Of a stretch of DNA of 64,000 nucleotides, positions 50,954 through 63,629 are shown in pieces. The stretch is from Vicugna vicugna (lineage: Eukaryota), in NCBI GenBank assembly GCA_013265495.1, contig MU058384.1, positions 6,010,792-6,074,791 of the forward strand, read 5' to 3'. Under the pieces are notes generated by a model. The model had not been told where the DNA came from, made no database searches, and saw nothing but the letters and a program-made list of their open reading frames with translations. The position numbers and the translations under genes were made by a program. How positions within the stretch are numbered: position 1 is the first letter of the stretch; every line of letters starts with the position of its first letter.

Positions 50954-53900
50954 TATAAGAGGCATCAACCTATGTGTGCCCTTTTTACACCAGGGAGGTC
51001 AGACCCCCTGGCAATGTGGAAATCTCAAGTTACTCTCATCGTTCACTGCCAGAGATTTATCTCAGGCTAGAATAAGAGTAATAACCATTTTAAATTTCTA
51101 TTAATTGACTTTGATAACACATATCCACTAAGACTACATGTTTATGAAGTATGCACTTAGATAACCTATCATTCACTTTGTAAATAACAACCATTTATTT
51201 TAATACCCATTTGAGAGATGCACACTATCATGGATAATATGGTTAATCATCTTTGATGGTGTCTCAAGGCTTTTCATGTACATCTTTAAATCACTGTAAT
51301 TCCCATATGAACTAGTTCTATCAGCATCCAAATTTCAGACATGGTTTAATGATGGTAGTCTAGACTTTATTTACAATGAACTTTTAGTAAGGACCCCAGT
51401 AGCCAAAATCACATGAATTTTGGTAAGGCTTTTAATTCATCAAGGGTAGAAAATTTCTTTAGGTCATTAAGAATTAACCACCCAAATAGGCAATTGGAGG
51501 TATAAAATATACTTAACTTCAGAGTGCCTAACATCTTTTCATAAGTCCTTGGTTCCACCTTTTCAAAAGATGGAAAGTGACTTGAAATCAACAATTTAAG
51601 ATTCTAGTTACAATCACTTGAAGAATTAATGATAGCATAAAGATTTCTTTTATAAATTGAGACAAAATAATACAATAAAATTAAATTGAAGTGAATCCCT
51701 GATAAAATACTATTTGAATAAGGACTGAAACACTTCGGGAACTCTCATGAACAAAATGATAAAGTGTTAAATTCAGTTTTTAAAGCAGCAAGATAAATCT
51801 TAATGAGATAAAATAAGATCTCAATTTAAAAATTAGTCGCTTCTTATTCAAACAAACTATAAGCAATCTTGATAGTAAAATAATGCTAAGTAATCCCTGA
51901 TCAACTTTTATTTATTTTACATTCATATTCCCCAATATGATACAGCAGATAGTTTGTTACTTTGTAAATTGTTTTCCTGATACCTGGTTAGAATTTCCCT
52001 ATGGAAGGCATTGAGTGGATTCTTTGTCATACACGTTGTAGGATTTTTCTCATGAGATTTAGTGTTACCAGTCACTAACTTTTCAGTTTTGAACAGATTT
52101 CAAAACAAATCAACAGACACATTCAGACACTGGTTATTTTGGGCTGGTGTCAGGTAAATGAATATTCTAGGAGATTCTGACGTTATGCCAAATGTCATTA
52201 AAGCTAGGTTATAGAGGCATGTTTTTTATGAAACTTTGATATTTGCCAAGAGGTCCTTTTTTCATAATGTTAACCATTACTACATTCAAAGGACTTGTCT
52301 ACAGATAGATTGATAGAGGGCAGTCAAGTCTTTTGCACTGCATAAATTATACCATTAGGTGTCTGAATATGGATTGACTTGTTCTCAAGACCCAAAAACT
52401 AAACACAGCTGAGAGCTAAATCCCATGACAAATGAAAGTTCTGTGCAAAGATCACAGACAGCATACAGCAAATGGAATTTCTAAAAACCACATTATCCTC
52501 TAATATACACCTGATAAATGATCATCTAAAACTGTAATTTGAGAGAAAAAAAAGAATTTAATGTTTCTGCTTCAGGATAGCAAGAATCAAAGAAAAAATG
52601 TAGTATATACATTAAAAGCAGAAAAGATTAATGCATTCAATTGAGTGTTTAATGTAACAGTTTGGGGGGAGGGTAATAAATGATAAAACTAGATTAAAGT
52701 TAATGCATTAGGCTATTCCTCTTGAGATTTCTGTTGAAAAAAATTTTGTATTATATGAAGTTTGAAGTAGCATATTTAATGCTGCCTTAAAGGTAAAACC
52801 AAATAGCTATGGATTAAATATGGAAAAGTCCAACTCTTTTAGATATCCTTCTCCCCCACCAAATTTCTTGCAATTGTATTTTTAAAAAAAATTATCATTA
52901 TTATGAATAATAATGTATATTTATTAAAAATAATAATTCATATTATACAAATACTATGTTAAATAAGATTTATATTTTTGAGTAGTCATTTAGATTACCC
53001 ATGCTGGTCAAATTTTAAAGAATTATCATTATGACAAAGTTTTTAATAATTATTATCAAATCAATTAACCAGCTGAAGTAGTATTAATGGACTAAGCAGT
53101 CCATTAGTCCATAGTCCATTTGATTCTATTGCTTTCTCAGATTATTTTTATTGTTTAGTCATGGCTGCTATCTCTGATGGAAAAAACATATAATTAATTT
53201 AGAATAATAGTATAAAGCGATTGAATTGAGATTAAAGGCCAAATGGGCACCCATTATTTGAATTACATTTCATACCACCAAATGAGTGTCAATCTATATG
53301 TGTGCAACTAGGTGTTCTTTTATGCCTTCTCACTTGAAACTTTATATCGATTGATTTGTTTGATACTTATTAATCATTACTGTGTGTCAAACTTTTTGCA
53401 ACCCATTACAGAATCAGTAAAAAACAAGAGTAAAGACACCCCTTCTCTTGTCTCCTTCTCATCTACTTTTGATATTCTACTATCCTTCCTACTGGGCTAC
53501 AAGTTTCATAAGAGGTTCTATGAATCATTTTTTTAAAAATCTTGCCATAGTGTTTAGTACAAGATATGCAATAGTAGATGCTCAATGAAATGTAAGTTTA
53601 AAAAAATCACAATTAAAAGTAGCTTGGAAATCATATAACCTAATAGCTGACGTCTACAGATGGCAAGGCAGTTAGCCAGCTTAGTATTCAAAATCCATAG
53701 TTAGTGACACAGGCAAGGCTAGAATCCAGGTCTCAAATTCAGACTCAAGGCTTTTTACACCGTCATGCTTTTTCACTTCTAAGAAGATGATCATCATAGA
53801 AATTTTCAAGGATAAAATGAAACAAGTGTATTAAATCAGAAATAATATTAAAATAGATTAAAATATATACATTTCATATAATTAATTAGAAAAGAATATA

Positions 53901-54504
53901 GTGAGCAGACTATAGTGGTGATGAGTTAGGGGAAGTAAGATGATGCTGATGATAATGAACAGATCTGATTATTGTAAAATATCTTCAAAGATGAAGGTAA
54001 TTTTATTATAAATCTTCTAGAAAAGCAATAAAAAATCTAGTACAGAAACATGAGCAAATCTGAGAGAAATAAGAGATAGTAATATATGGATTGTATACCT
54101 CAGTAGAAATGGAGCAGTTGAGAAGGGAGATGAGTTTGAAAATAGACTTTTTCAATTTTATGTTTATAAGATTTGAAGTAGAAGCTGGGGATATTGTAAA
54201 TTTTTATTGTAAACAGTAATCTGCAATATATTTAAATCTATAGAATTTTGACTCCTATATGGTAAATGTAATTGAGTTTTATTAGTGAGAGTAATATTTC
54301 TTCAACAGATGCATATTAATTTTATTAGGGAATAGATTGAATTAAGCTAGCATGCAACTATAATATTTAAAATGAAGGAAAAAAGAGAGACAGTTACTCT
54401 AAACTTACAAATGTTGAAGGTCAATATGGCAACAATTTGGACTTCTAGTCTTCATGACATTTTTCTCAGCTTTATGGTTTTAATCTTCATATCAGCTTAA
54501 TGAA

Positions 54505-54896
54505 TGCTAAGGGCTGAACTGTGTACCCTCCAAATTCATATACTGAAGTCCTAAACCTATGTGACTGTATTTTGAGATAGGGCTTTTAGGAGGTAATTAA
54601 GGTTGAGTGAGGTCATAAGTGTGGGGTCCTAACCCATTAGGAATAGTGGTCTGGAAAAAAGAGGAACAGAGAGATATCTCTCTATGTCTCTATCACCCCA
54701 TGTTCTCACAAAGAATAGGTCCTGTGAGCAACAGCAGGATGGCAGCAGACTACAAACCAAAAGGAGAGGCTTCAGAAGGAAGCCTACCTTGCTGGCATCT
54801 AGACCTTGGACTTCCCAGTATCCAGAATCATGAGAATAAATTTTTGTTCTTTAAGCCTATAGTATCTTGTTACAGCAGCCCCAGCAGACTATAACA
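54505..54896 (+). mobile_element. MaLR solo LTR (MLT1A/MST-like)
   Basis: 'tgctaagggctgaactgtgtaccctccaaattcatatactgaagtcctaa...ccttggacttcccagtatccagaatcatgagaataaa...gactataaca'. Confidence 0.92.
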
Positions 54897-56151
54897 ATCA
54901 GGTAAGTGAGAATTTTCCTAGTGTACCTGACGTGAAGAGTGACATTTTGGACTGAACGCTTATATGATTGCAGGTTTGGGACATAGAATCAGGTTACCTT
55001 ATTTTCAGTATGCTGTTCATTTTCTTGTTTTATCCATAATTAAAGAGTAATTTTCAAGTAACCTTATTGAGATATTTTATTCAGTATTTTAAGTCATAGA
55101 TTAATCAGTAATACAGACACCATTTTAAGTTCTGCCAGCAGCAACCAACACAGAAAATTAGTTGCTGAGAAATGCCCAAGTAGCTGTCAGAAATTACAGG
55201 AAACCATAAATTACAGATTTCAGCTGCCCATATCATCAGGGAGTGGCTTGAAGATTTCCTAAAACCACACAGAATCTCACATTTATCATCTGCTGAAGCC
55301 ACATATCAAAGGGGTAATAATGGCTTCACCTCCCTTCAACCTGTCACACTTCTTACAAATACCTTTTGGGTCTGAACTGCAGTCCTGCTGTCAAGGGGCT
55401 CTGGAAGATGCGCTTCTTGGCCCCAACTGCGGGAATACCCAAGACAGAGGGCAATGGGGAAAGCATGCTTGTTGCTCCTGAAGAAAATAAATCCAGGTCA
55501 GTTAAGAAGCATGTTAATTGTCCTCCCTATGCCTATTTGTCACCGTCACAGACTGAAGAGAATTCAAAGGCAACTAAATCAGAGTCAATGCCAAGGCCCT
55601 CAGATCCTCACAATCCAGATGACAGACAAGAATGACATCAGCAGATAAACGCTACAGTGCTACACCGTAACTCTGTAACAGTCACGTCATTTATATTGTG
55701 TAATATCACAGCCTCACGAGGAGACATTCTGAAACAAAGGTGTCGGGAAGAAAAGTGACTATGGTATATTAATCTCTTTCAAATTCCACTCTGACTAGAT
55801 TTTCTTGTTCAGCTAGTATGTTGACTATCTTCAGGAACATCTTTTCTGAAAGTGTTTTGAATATCAGCATAAGCACTATGAATACATTTAAACAGTCATA
55901 TCATTTTATTATCTAAATTAGCTAATAATATGACATAAAAATTAGCCTAGCTCAAAGACTTTAGTTATAACTCAGTTTAATCTTCAAACATTGTCACTGA
56001 ATTTGTATATGACTTGGTACCAATTTACAGTTGGTAGAACAACTCTAGTTTTCAAAATTCTCTTGAAAATATCACAAGATTTATACACATGCCTAACTGC
56101 ATTTTCATCCTACAGAAACATTTAAAATAACATGTCATATCTACAAGTTCT

Positions 56152-56707
56152 TTTTTTTTTTTTTTTGAGTGTAGGTAGATTTCTTTAGGGAGATACATAC
56201 TGCATAGAGTGTAAGGCAAAAGAAAAGCAAAGAAAAAGATATGGGAACTGGGTGCTCAGGTTAAAGCAAAAGTAGGTACACCCTCCACAGACAGACTGCG
56301 GGCCGTCTCCAAAGGAGAGAGAGAGAGAGAGCGCGCAAATGGCCACTAGGCATGGTGTTGTCACTTTTTATGGTCTCAGTAGCTTCAGGCACCTACAGGT
56401 GGGGTCAATCCAACTGCCCTGGGGAAGGGGCTGGGATTCCCAGGAATTGGGCCACCACCCATTCTTTGGCCTTTTGCAGTTAGCCTTGGGGCTGTCATGG
56501 CGCCTGCGGGCATGTTATTTGATCACACTGTTAAAATGAGCATATAATGAAGCTCAAGGTCTACTAGAAGTTAAACCTCTTAATCCTTAAGGCCAAGTAG
56601 GAGGTGAATCTTCCACCATTTTATTTGGTGTTACTGTCATTCCTTGAGTGGCTGTGCCCTGCCCCCTTCTATCCTGTCTCATTCCCCCTCAGAGATTTTA
56701 CTCCCAT
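56152..56707 (-). mobile_element. Processed (polyadenylated) copy of an ERV1/MER41-like 3' end: PPT + U3 + R + polyA
   Basis: Minus strand reads internal tail, PPT 'tgagggggaa', LTR start 'tgagacagg' at 56681, then AAGAAA 13 nt before a 16-nt polyA. TSD tacaagttct at 56142-56151 and 56708-56717. Confidence 0.85.
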
Positions 56708-57769
56708 TACAAGTTCTATTTTAATATTATTATTCCATTATTATGATAATAAACAAAATGAAAGAATACCTTTTATAACTTCCCACTAAATTTTCACTAG
56801 ACACTCATTTTCTCATTTTTCTTTCATTAGAAAAGAAACATGAATAGAAGCATACCATTAAATTTTGTTATTTATGCAACTGAATCTTACCACTAGTTCG
56901 ACAGCAGTCTTTAATGGACTGTGTTAATATTGGTCAATATTACATTGCTTTGCTTCAGTGTGGAAACAGATAAATAATTCATTCAACAAACACTGACTGT
57001 ATAGTGCGTGCCAGGAAGTATAGTCAAGACTAGGAACAGTTCAATTGTATTCTCATTTAAGCATTTATTATACTTTCTATCCATATAATTATGAAAAGAG
57101 AACTTGAGTAATCATTTTAAAAATGTAAAACACATACTATATAAAATTATTGTTATAAGAGAGAATGACATGGTTTTAACAATTTATTGTACAAAATGGA
57201 AACTCAAATTTTCAAATCGCAATTATTACCAAAATTAATTTTAAGACCACATGTGCCTTTCCTTAGAATTCTATGCAATATTAACTGTTCTCTTCAATAT
57301 GTATGCATATTCTGGAGATTCTGAAGAGATTCTATCTCAAGAATAATAAATTAAGGATTAGATTTCACAATGCAGAGCTCAGTAGGTCCACTTTTCCTCA
57401 ATGTAGATCAGGGGTTTTGATGATAATTCTAATTCGAGGGTCTTGCAAATGTTATGTCTTTCTCTTCTACACACTGTCCTTCAACATACAGCTTATAAAT
57501 GCTTTAAGAATAGGCTCTCTGTATTCTAAATTATTGTATTAATTTAATTAATTTTAGGTCTTAAATAGACCTAGAAGTTTCCTAAGGATGGTATGTATTC
57601 AACATGTTTGTTGCGGCTGCTAATAAAAATATCACAGTGGTTTTTTGCATCTTGCTTCTGTGTCATATGGTTTTGATACACTCTTAGGAAAATGATCAAA
57701 TCTGCTCTATCTACTTTAAAAATGTGTCTTTGACTACATCATCAACAATGACAATGAGTTAGTAATAAC

Positions 57770-57995
57770 ACAAGTAAAAGTAATACATAAACACTGAGTA
57801 CATGCCATAATTTTAGTACTGCACTTAGGTCCTTTACATCTATTATTTCAAATCAACTACGATCCTGCTTGAGAGGTATTGTGAGTTCCACTTTACAATG
57901 ATGAAGAAGCCAAAGCAAAGAAATATTAAATACTTTCCCAACATCACAGTTATTCAAACAGAAGTCTGACTTCACACACCACAGCTTTTCCTACA
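57770..57995 (-). mobile_element. MIR SINE
   Basis: 'acactgagtacatgcc...ctttacatctattatttcaaatc...ccactttacaatgatgaagaagcc'. Confidence 0.7.
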
Positions 57996-58799
57996 ATATA
58001 TGTGTGTATTAAGATGATATGAGCAGAGGTAAATACAGAATAATGGTCATTCAATGTCCCATTTCTTCCCATAGTAAAAAAAAATCACCAGTTATTCATT
58101 TTTCTCTTTTTAGTAGTTTAATTTTTTAATTAAAGAAAATATTATAGAACATAAAATTACACTTCATATGAATACAATTCTCACATCTTAACAAGACTCA
58201 GAGTGTCAATTACAAAACAAATGTCCCTTAAAATGTTATTTTCCATAGAAACAATAAAATCCAGAAAGGAGCTTCCTTGTTTCAGAAAGAGTGGCAGTGA
58301 GAAACGGCCGAAAGACAGTCCTCCCGAGTCTGAGCCCCCTTTTCTTTCAGGTTATTTCTCTTGCTGTTCTGCTTTTCCACGTTTCTGCTTTTCCAAAATG
58401 GGTTCTTTTGGAGTCAGCCAGAGTGATTGGGAAGCCCTTCCACCACTGTCGCTATAAGCTTTCTTGTATGTTCACTCCAGTCAGACTCTTCAGTTAAACT
58501 GCATCAACGACCTTCTCTTTATTCTGAGAAAATACCAACAGGTGCAACTGAACTCTGATACTTAAAATGATAAATAATGGAATGAATTCAGGGCAGAAGT
58601 GGAAAATTCATAGTGGTTTGGCCGCAATGACATAATGGTGACGGAAGGGCTCAGCTTGAGAATTTTAGGAGAATCAGTTTCCTAGAGAGTTGAAAAGCAA
58701 AATACTTTCCTCACAGCTAACTCACCAGAGCCACTCATTATCCAGCCAACCACCAAGTTAATTCTGTTCTCCTCACAGAAACAGAGAGATTTTAATTCT

Positions 58800-59350
58800 T
58801 ATTATTCAAATTAAAAACCTGAATTATGATCTATCCCCAAACCTCTTCCCCATGGCTCTAGGGAGTGCACCATGGTCCCTTCAAGTTGTGCAAACAAGAA
58901 AAGTCATCGTCATTGTTCAGGACGTGTTCCTCTCCTTCACCTCCCCTGCCCTGTATCCAGTCATCAGCAAATCCCATGGATTTTATCTCTGAACTTTTAC
59001 CAAATCCATGCAGTTTTCTTCCACTTCCTCTTCAGCCCTAGTCTAAAGCTACCATCATTTCTCCTCTGAACTACTTCTAGAAACTTGTGAGGGACTTAGC
59101 TATATTTCCTTTTTTTAAATTTTATTTTAACATTTGTTATTGAAGTTGAGTTGATTTACAATGTTGTATTAATTTACTGTACATCATAGTGATTCAGTTA
59201 TACATATATATGTATTCTTTTTCATTACAGGTTACTACTTATATTTTCTGTTATCTCATACTCAAATCACCACTGCTCTAGAAGTGATCTTTACAAAGTA
59301 AAGATATGGTCACATGTACTCCTTTCTCACCGATAAGTTTCCCATAGCCT
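58800..59350 (+). mobile_element. L2 fragment interrupted by a short L1
   Basis: 'atccagtcatcagcaaatcccatggattttatctc...ctagtctaaagctaccatcatttctcctctgaactac' resumes after the L1 with 'gaagtgatctttacaaagtaaaagatatggtcac'. Confidence 0.7.
59111..59239 (-). mobile_element. ~130-bp 5'-truncated young L1 3' tip
   Basis: 'ttattgaagttgagttgatttacaatgttg...catagtgattcagttatacatat'. TSD tatatttcct (59101-59110) / tatattttct (59240-59249). Confidence 0.85.
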
Positions 59351-59432
59351 TAAATTATTGATTCTTAATAGGGTCAGAAATCGTCCTTTATAGAAGATTT
59401 TGGAAATATAGATGGATGTTTTATTTCTGGCC

Positions 59433-59970
59433 TATGGCAGATTGTATTTCCCAAAAAATGGCCACAACACTGTCCTTAATTTCATATATCCTTCTTACAA
59501 TATGAATTTGGCATTCATCCAATCAAGAAGTGCAAAAAAAAAAGTGGGCTGGTGACAACAGAGTAAGTGATATTATGTGACTTTGAAGTTTAGTTCATAA
59601 AAGGTGATATAGCATGGAATGCTCTTGGACCCTAGTCACCATGTTTTGAGGAAGCCCAAGCAGCCACACAGAGAGGTCATGTGCACATATTCTGCTCAAT
59701 TGTTCCATCTGAGGTCTCATCTTTCAGCCAAAATCAAGCACTAGATGTATGTAAATGAACTTTTAGATGATCCAAGTCCTCAGCTATTGAGTCACTCTTA
59801 GCTCTCAAGTATTTCTAATTGAGGCCTCAGACACGGCAGCACTGAGATATGCTCTCACTGCTTTGCTTTTTCTGGACTAACACTCAGAATTTGTGAATGT
59901 CATAAAATGGCTGTTATTTTATGCCACCAAGTTTGGGGTTGTTTGTTATGCAGCAATAGTAACTGAGACA
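59433..59970 (+). mobile_element. MaLR solo LTR (MLT1G/H-like)
   Basis: 'tatggcagattgtatttcccaaaaaatggccac...tgaggaagcccaagcagccac...gtttggggttgtttgttatgcagcaatagtaactgagaca'. Confidence 0.88.
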
Positions 59971-60096
59971 TTGCTTGAATTTTATATATTTAATTCAACT
60001 TAATTTTATTATAAATTGTTTTTTCTTTTTTTACTTTTCTTTTACATTACTGTAAAGGCATTATTGATTTTTTTTTTAATTATGTGTTTAGGTAGC

Positions 60097-60415
60097 TGTG
60101 TTAGTCAGGGTTCTCCAGAGAAACCGAATCAATAGGGTGTATTTATATCTGTATCTATCCATCTGGTTTTACTTTAAGGAATTGACTCATGAGATTATGG
60201 GGGTTGGAAGACAGAAATCTGCAGGAAAGAGTTAATGTTGTAGTCTTGAATCCAATTGCAGTTTTAGAGGCAGAAATCCTTCCTCTTCTGGGTACCTCAC
60301 TTTTTTTGTTTTAAGGCTTTCAACTGACTGGATGAAGTCCACCCACGCTACAGAGGGTAACCTGCTTTACTCAAAATCTACTGACTTAGATGTTAATCAC
60401 ATCTAACAAGGAAAA
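60097..60415 (-). mobile_element. ERVL LTR (MLT2C/D-like), partial
   Basis: 'tgtgttagtcagggttctccagagaaac...aggcttttcaactgactggatgaagtccaccc...atgttaatcacatct'. Confidence 0.9.
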
Positions 60416-60589
60416 AAAGCTTTCAAGCTGGAGAGTGTCAGGAGAATCTCCACTTTTCTCTCCCCTCCTGCTGGGTCCTGCCCTGAGGCCAGTTCCAGGT
60501 GAGGAACCATATAGTCATGGCAGCTGTGGCAGCTGTCGTGTGGATCTCCAGCGGAAAATCCTTCTCTGGATAAAAGAAATTGAGGAAAA

Positions 60590-61190
60590 AGTCCCCATTC
60601 CAATTCTAAAATTTACATAGAAAGGGAAAAGAAACAGAATAGCCAAAACAATTTGGAAAAATAAGAAAAAAAATGAGAGAACTCAGAATTCCTGATTTTA
60701 AAATTTACTGTTAAGCAGCAGTAAGCAAGGCAGTGTGATATTTGTGAAAAGGATAAACACATTACTCAATGAACACAACAGAGCCCAGAAATAACCCACA
60801 TACATATTTTTACTGCATGGAAACTAAAAATAAATTATAAAACAAAAAAAAAATACCAAATGGTTTTAAGTCAACGGTTTTACACGTTGCAGTCTAATAT
60901 ACTAAATGCCAATTTAGCCAAATATTGTGACATCACCATATTGGAAGGCTAGGAGGAAGAGACATATCTGTGTGGTAGGTGGTGAAGTTAAAGAGTTAAA
61001 TCCTGCTGTTCAATTATGGGAAGTCAGTAGATAATTTTCATATTAAGAAACTTTATTTTATAGCATGTTATCTAGAAATATGGAGATATTCAGAAGAAGA
61101 ATTGGTGAAGAATTGAAAGTGGTTGTTCTTGTGCAGTGGAATCCTGGGGGTGGGAGACAGGCAAGAATTGTTGCTTGATAATATATCATA
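60590..61190 (+). mobile_element. L1M (L1MC-like) fragments
   Basis: ORF2 text 'ttctaaaatttacatagaaagg...gaatagccaaaacaatt', followed by an L1MC-like 3'UTR 'ctagaaatatggag...gaaagtggttg'. Confidence 0.7.
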
Positions 61191-61684
61191 TGAGTGATTT
61201 AGGGCACAGTTATACGTAATTGTTCTCTACTATATCATATAAAATAAGTAGGATTTTGCAGGGTAGGAAGCATTCTGAGCTAGAGAAATAATGAGTGCAA
61301 ATACCAGCTCTGTCTGAACAGGCCTTCTTGAGCTGGAGGTAATGGTCGGTCTGTTGGATTCAGGAGACAATAAAGGGAATGAGCTGAAGCCTGGAAGTTT
61401 TGAGCCCAGATGAGAAGTAATTGATTCTATCTGTGTGACTCGGGACAAACTGCTTGGATCTCAATTTCATCCCTGTAAAAGTAAGTAAATTATCTTTAAA
61501 GGTCACTTCAGATTCTATGATTAAAGTTCCAGAGTGATTAATCTGTGGCAGTAAGAAAGGGGGAGGCACAAACAGGCAGTCCAATTTGGAGGCATTGCAA
61601 TTATTTGTTTTAGAGGCCCAGGAGAAGATACTAGTTATTTATTTTGTGGGGAAAAGAAATGAAAAATAGTAATAACATATTAAG

Positions 61685-61910
61685 ACAAAATTTCCCAAAC
61701 CCTTTGGTCCTAGGATTGCTTTAAAAATTTTTTTTAATTATTGAGGATCCCAAAGAGTTTTTGTTTATTTGGGTATATTGGTCAATATTTACTGTATTAG
61801 AATAAAGCAAAAATATATGCAACACTACACAATTTTGCCTTCCATTTCAGAGGGCCCCAGGGCTCCCCTTGTGGTCCATCCATAGACTACAGGTTGAAAA
61901 CTTACTATAT
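61685..61910. mobile_element. Charlie1-like hAT fragment
   Basis: 'aattattgaggatcccaaagagtttttgtttatttgggt...atatttactgtattagaa'. Confidence 0.7.
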
Positions 61911-63629
61911 GGAGTTTGAGGTTAGAATAAGAATGCAAGGCAAATCTAATTTTGCCAGAAGAATTTGAATTTTTTAAATTTTTGCTTAATTTTATTAAAA
62001 AAAAAATAAATACGTCAACTGCGCAACATTAGTTTCATGTTGCCGAGCCGTAATAGTCTTTGGTGTAAATCATGTTTCTGGACTAGATGACCTTTAAAAT
62101 CCCTTCAAACCTTAGATTATGTTATTCTATGATTCATCCTTACTGGCTAGTTAGACTGTTCTGATTTCATTGCTTTGTTGCACCACTCTTACTTCAGTAA
62201 GGTTATGTCCAGTTGGCCTCATGTTTATTCCCCAGAAACTGTAGTCATAAATTTATCTTCCAATTTCCTTTGCTTAATTTGGAAAATGTCTAGTGAGTTA
62301 AAAAGTCTATTTCCAGAGACTAAAAAGCAATGGCAAATAGCTTATTTATTATACACATACATACTTCTAATGACAAGGAACAAGAGAGGAAGTGTTTTTT
62401 GGCCAAAGCATTGCATTTTTACAATTCAGAATCTTTTCTAGCTAGTAAATTCCATTATTCTTTTGTACACCACTTTTCCAATAAAAGATTTCCATTAAAA
62501 AAGAAGAAAACATCTTTATCCAAACATACATACCAAGTGAGCAAGGTCTTCTCTGCTTGGGAAATCAACATGCACAGATATTTTCAGAAATTCCAAGAGC
62601 AAATTGTGACCTTGAACATATCATGTATTTTCCAGGACTTCAGAAAAAATTTGGAGGCAGAGAGTGCACCAAACTTCAAATTTGTGTTTATGTAACTTGA
62701 AACGGCCAACTGATCATTAGGAAATGCAGCCCTAAATTTAGATCTTCCAAATATAGAGTGTTTGAAGAGAAAAAGCACAGACTTTATTTTAAAATTTCAA
62801 GGTTTATTATAGAGTCAGAATCCAAATCTCTGAAAAGGATGAGAGGTAAAATTTGTAGTTTTGCTGGGAACAAAATAAATTCATTTAAATGAATAACAAA
62901 CCTGATTATCTGCTTAAGTTTTCTCAGTGAGATCTGGCTTAGCGTCAAGATTGAGTCATCTAACTGGCATGTTATCATCTTTCCAATTGCCTTTCTGCCT
63001 TGTTCTACTCCCTACCTAGCTTGAAATTCCCACTGTGGTGTATTTCTGGTGGAATACCGCTTTGCCACCTACACTGGAATGTTAGCCCTCTCTCATCAGT
63101 GCTGAGCAGATCGGGCTGTAGTGAGTTGATGCCATGTTTCTGAGGGTAACACACATACTCTAACGTCATTAAGAAGAGAGCCAAGGCCTATGTTCGTGAA
63201 TCTCCCCTTCCACACCCTCCCCCCGCCCCAGATAAACCAAGCCTGAGTGTTTCCAGGGGCAGGAACAGGCTTAGGAGCATCCAGTACAGAGCCACCATCA
63301 ACACCTGAGCAGTGGGGAACACCCAGGAAAAATACCACCTGCTTTGTATTTTTTTTCCTATCAGCACTGCAAGCAGGAGGAAGCCCAAGAGGTATCTTTT
63401 TCCCACAAGATAGGGAAACTTGGGGTGGTACATGAGAAAAGTAGATGCTTTCTCTCTGAGAGATGTTGCCAAGTCCCATTCTTAAGCAATTGACAGGTAT
63501 GAATAAAGCATACTGAAAGCAAAAGGAGTGATGCACTCAAAAATGCAAGCCGGGTAGCTCAGAGCATCCTTCTCAGTTTGAACGGCATTAATTAGCCCAC
63601 CTTCTCTCTCATAAAAGAAATCTTCTGTG

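Noticed and set aside
55366..55635. 89-aa plus-strand ORF
   Set aside because: TTG start and no recognisable homology. The overlapping minus-strand exon-like segment is covered under the lncRNA candidate.
63096..63536. 146-aa minus-strand ORF
   Set aside because: No recognisable homology or coding-like composition, and no supporting exon structure.
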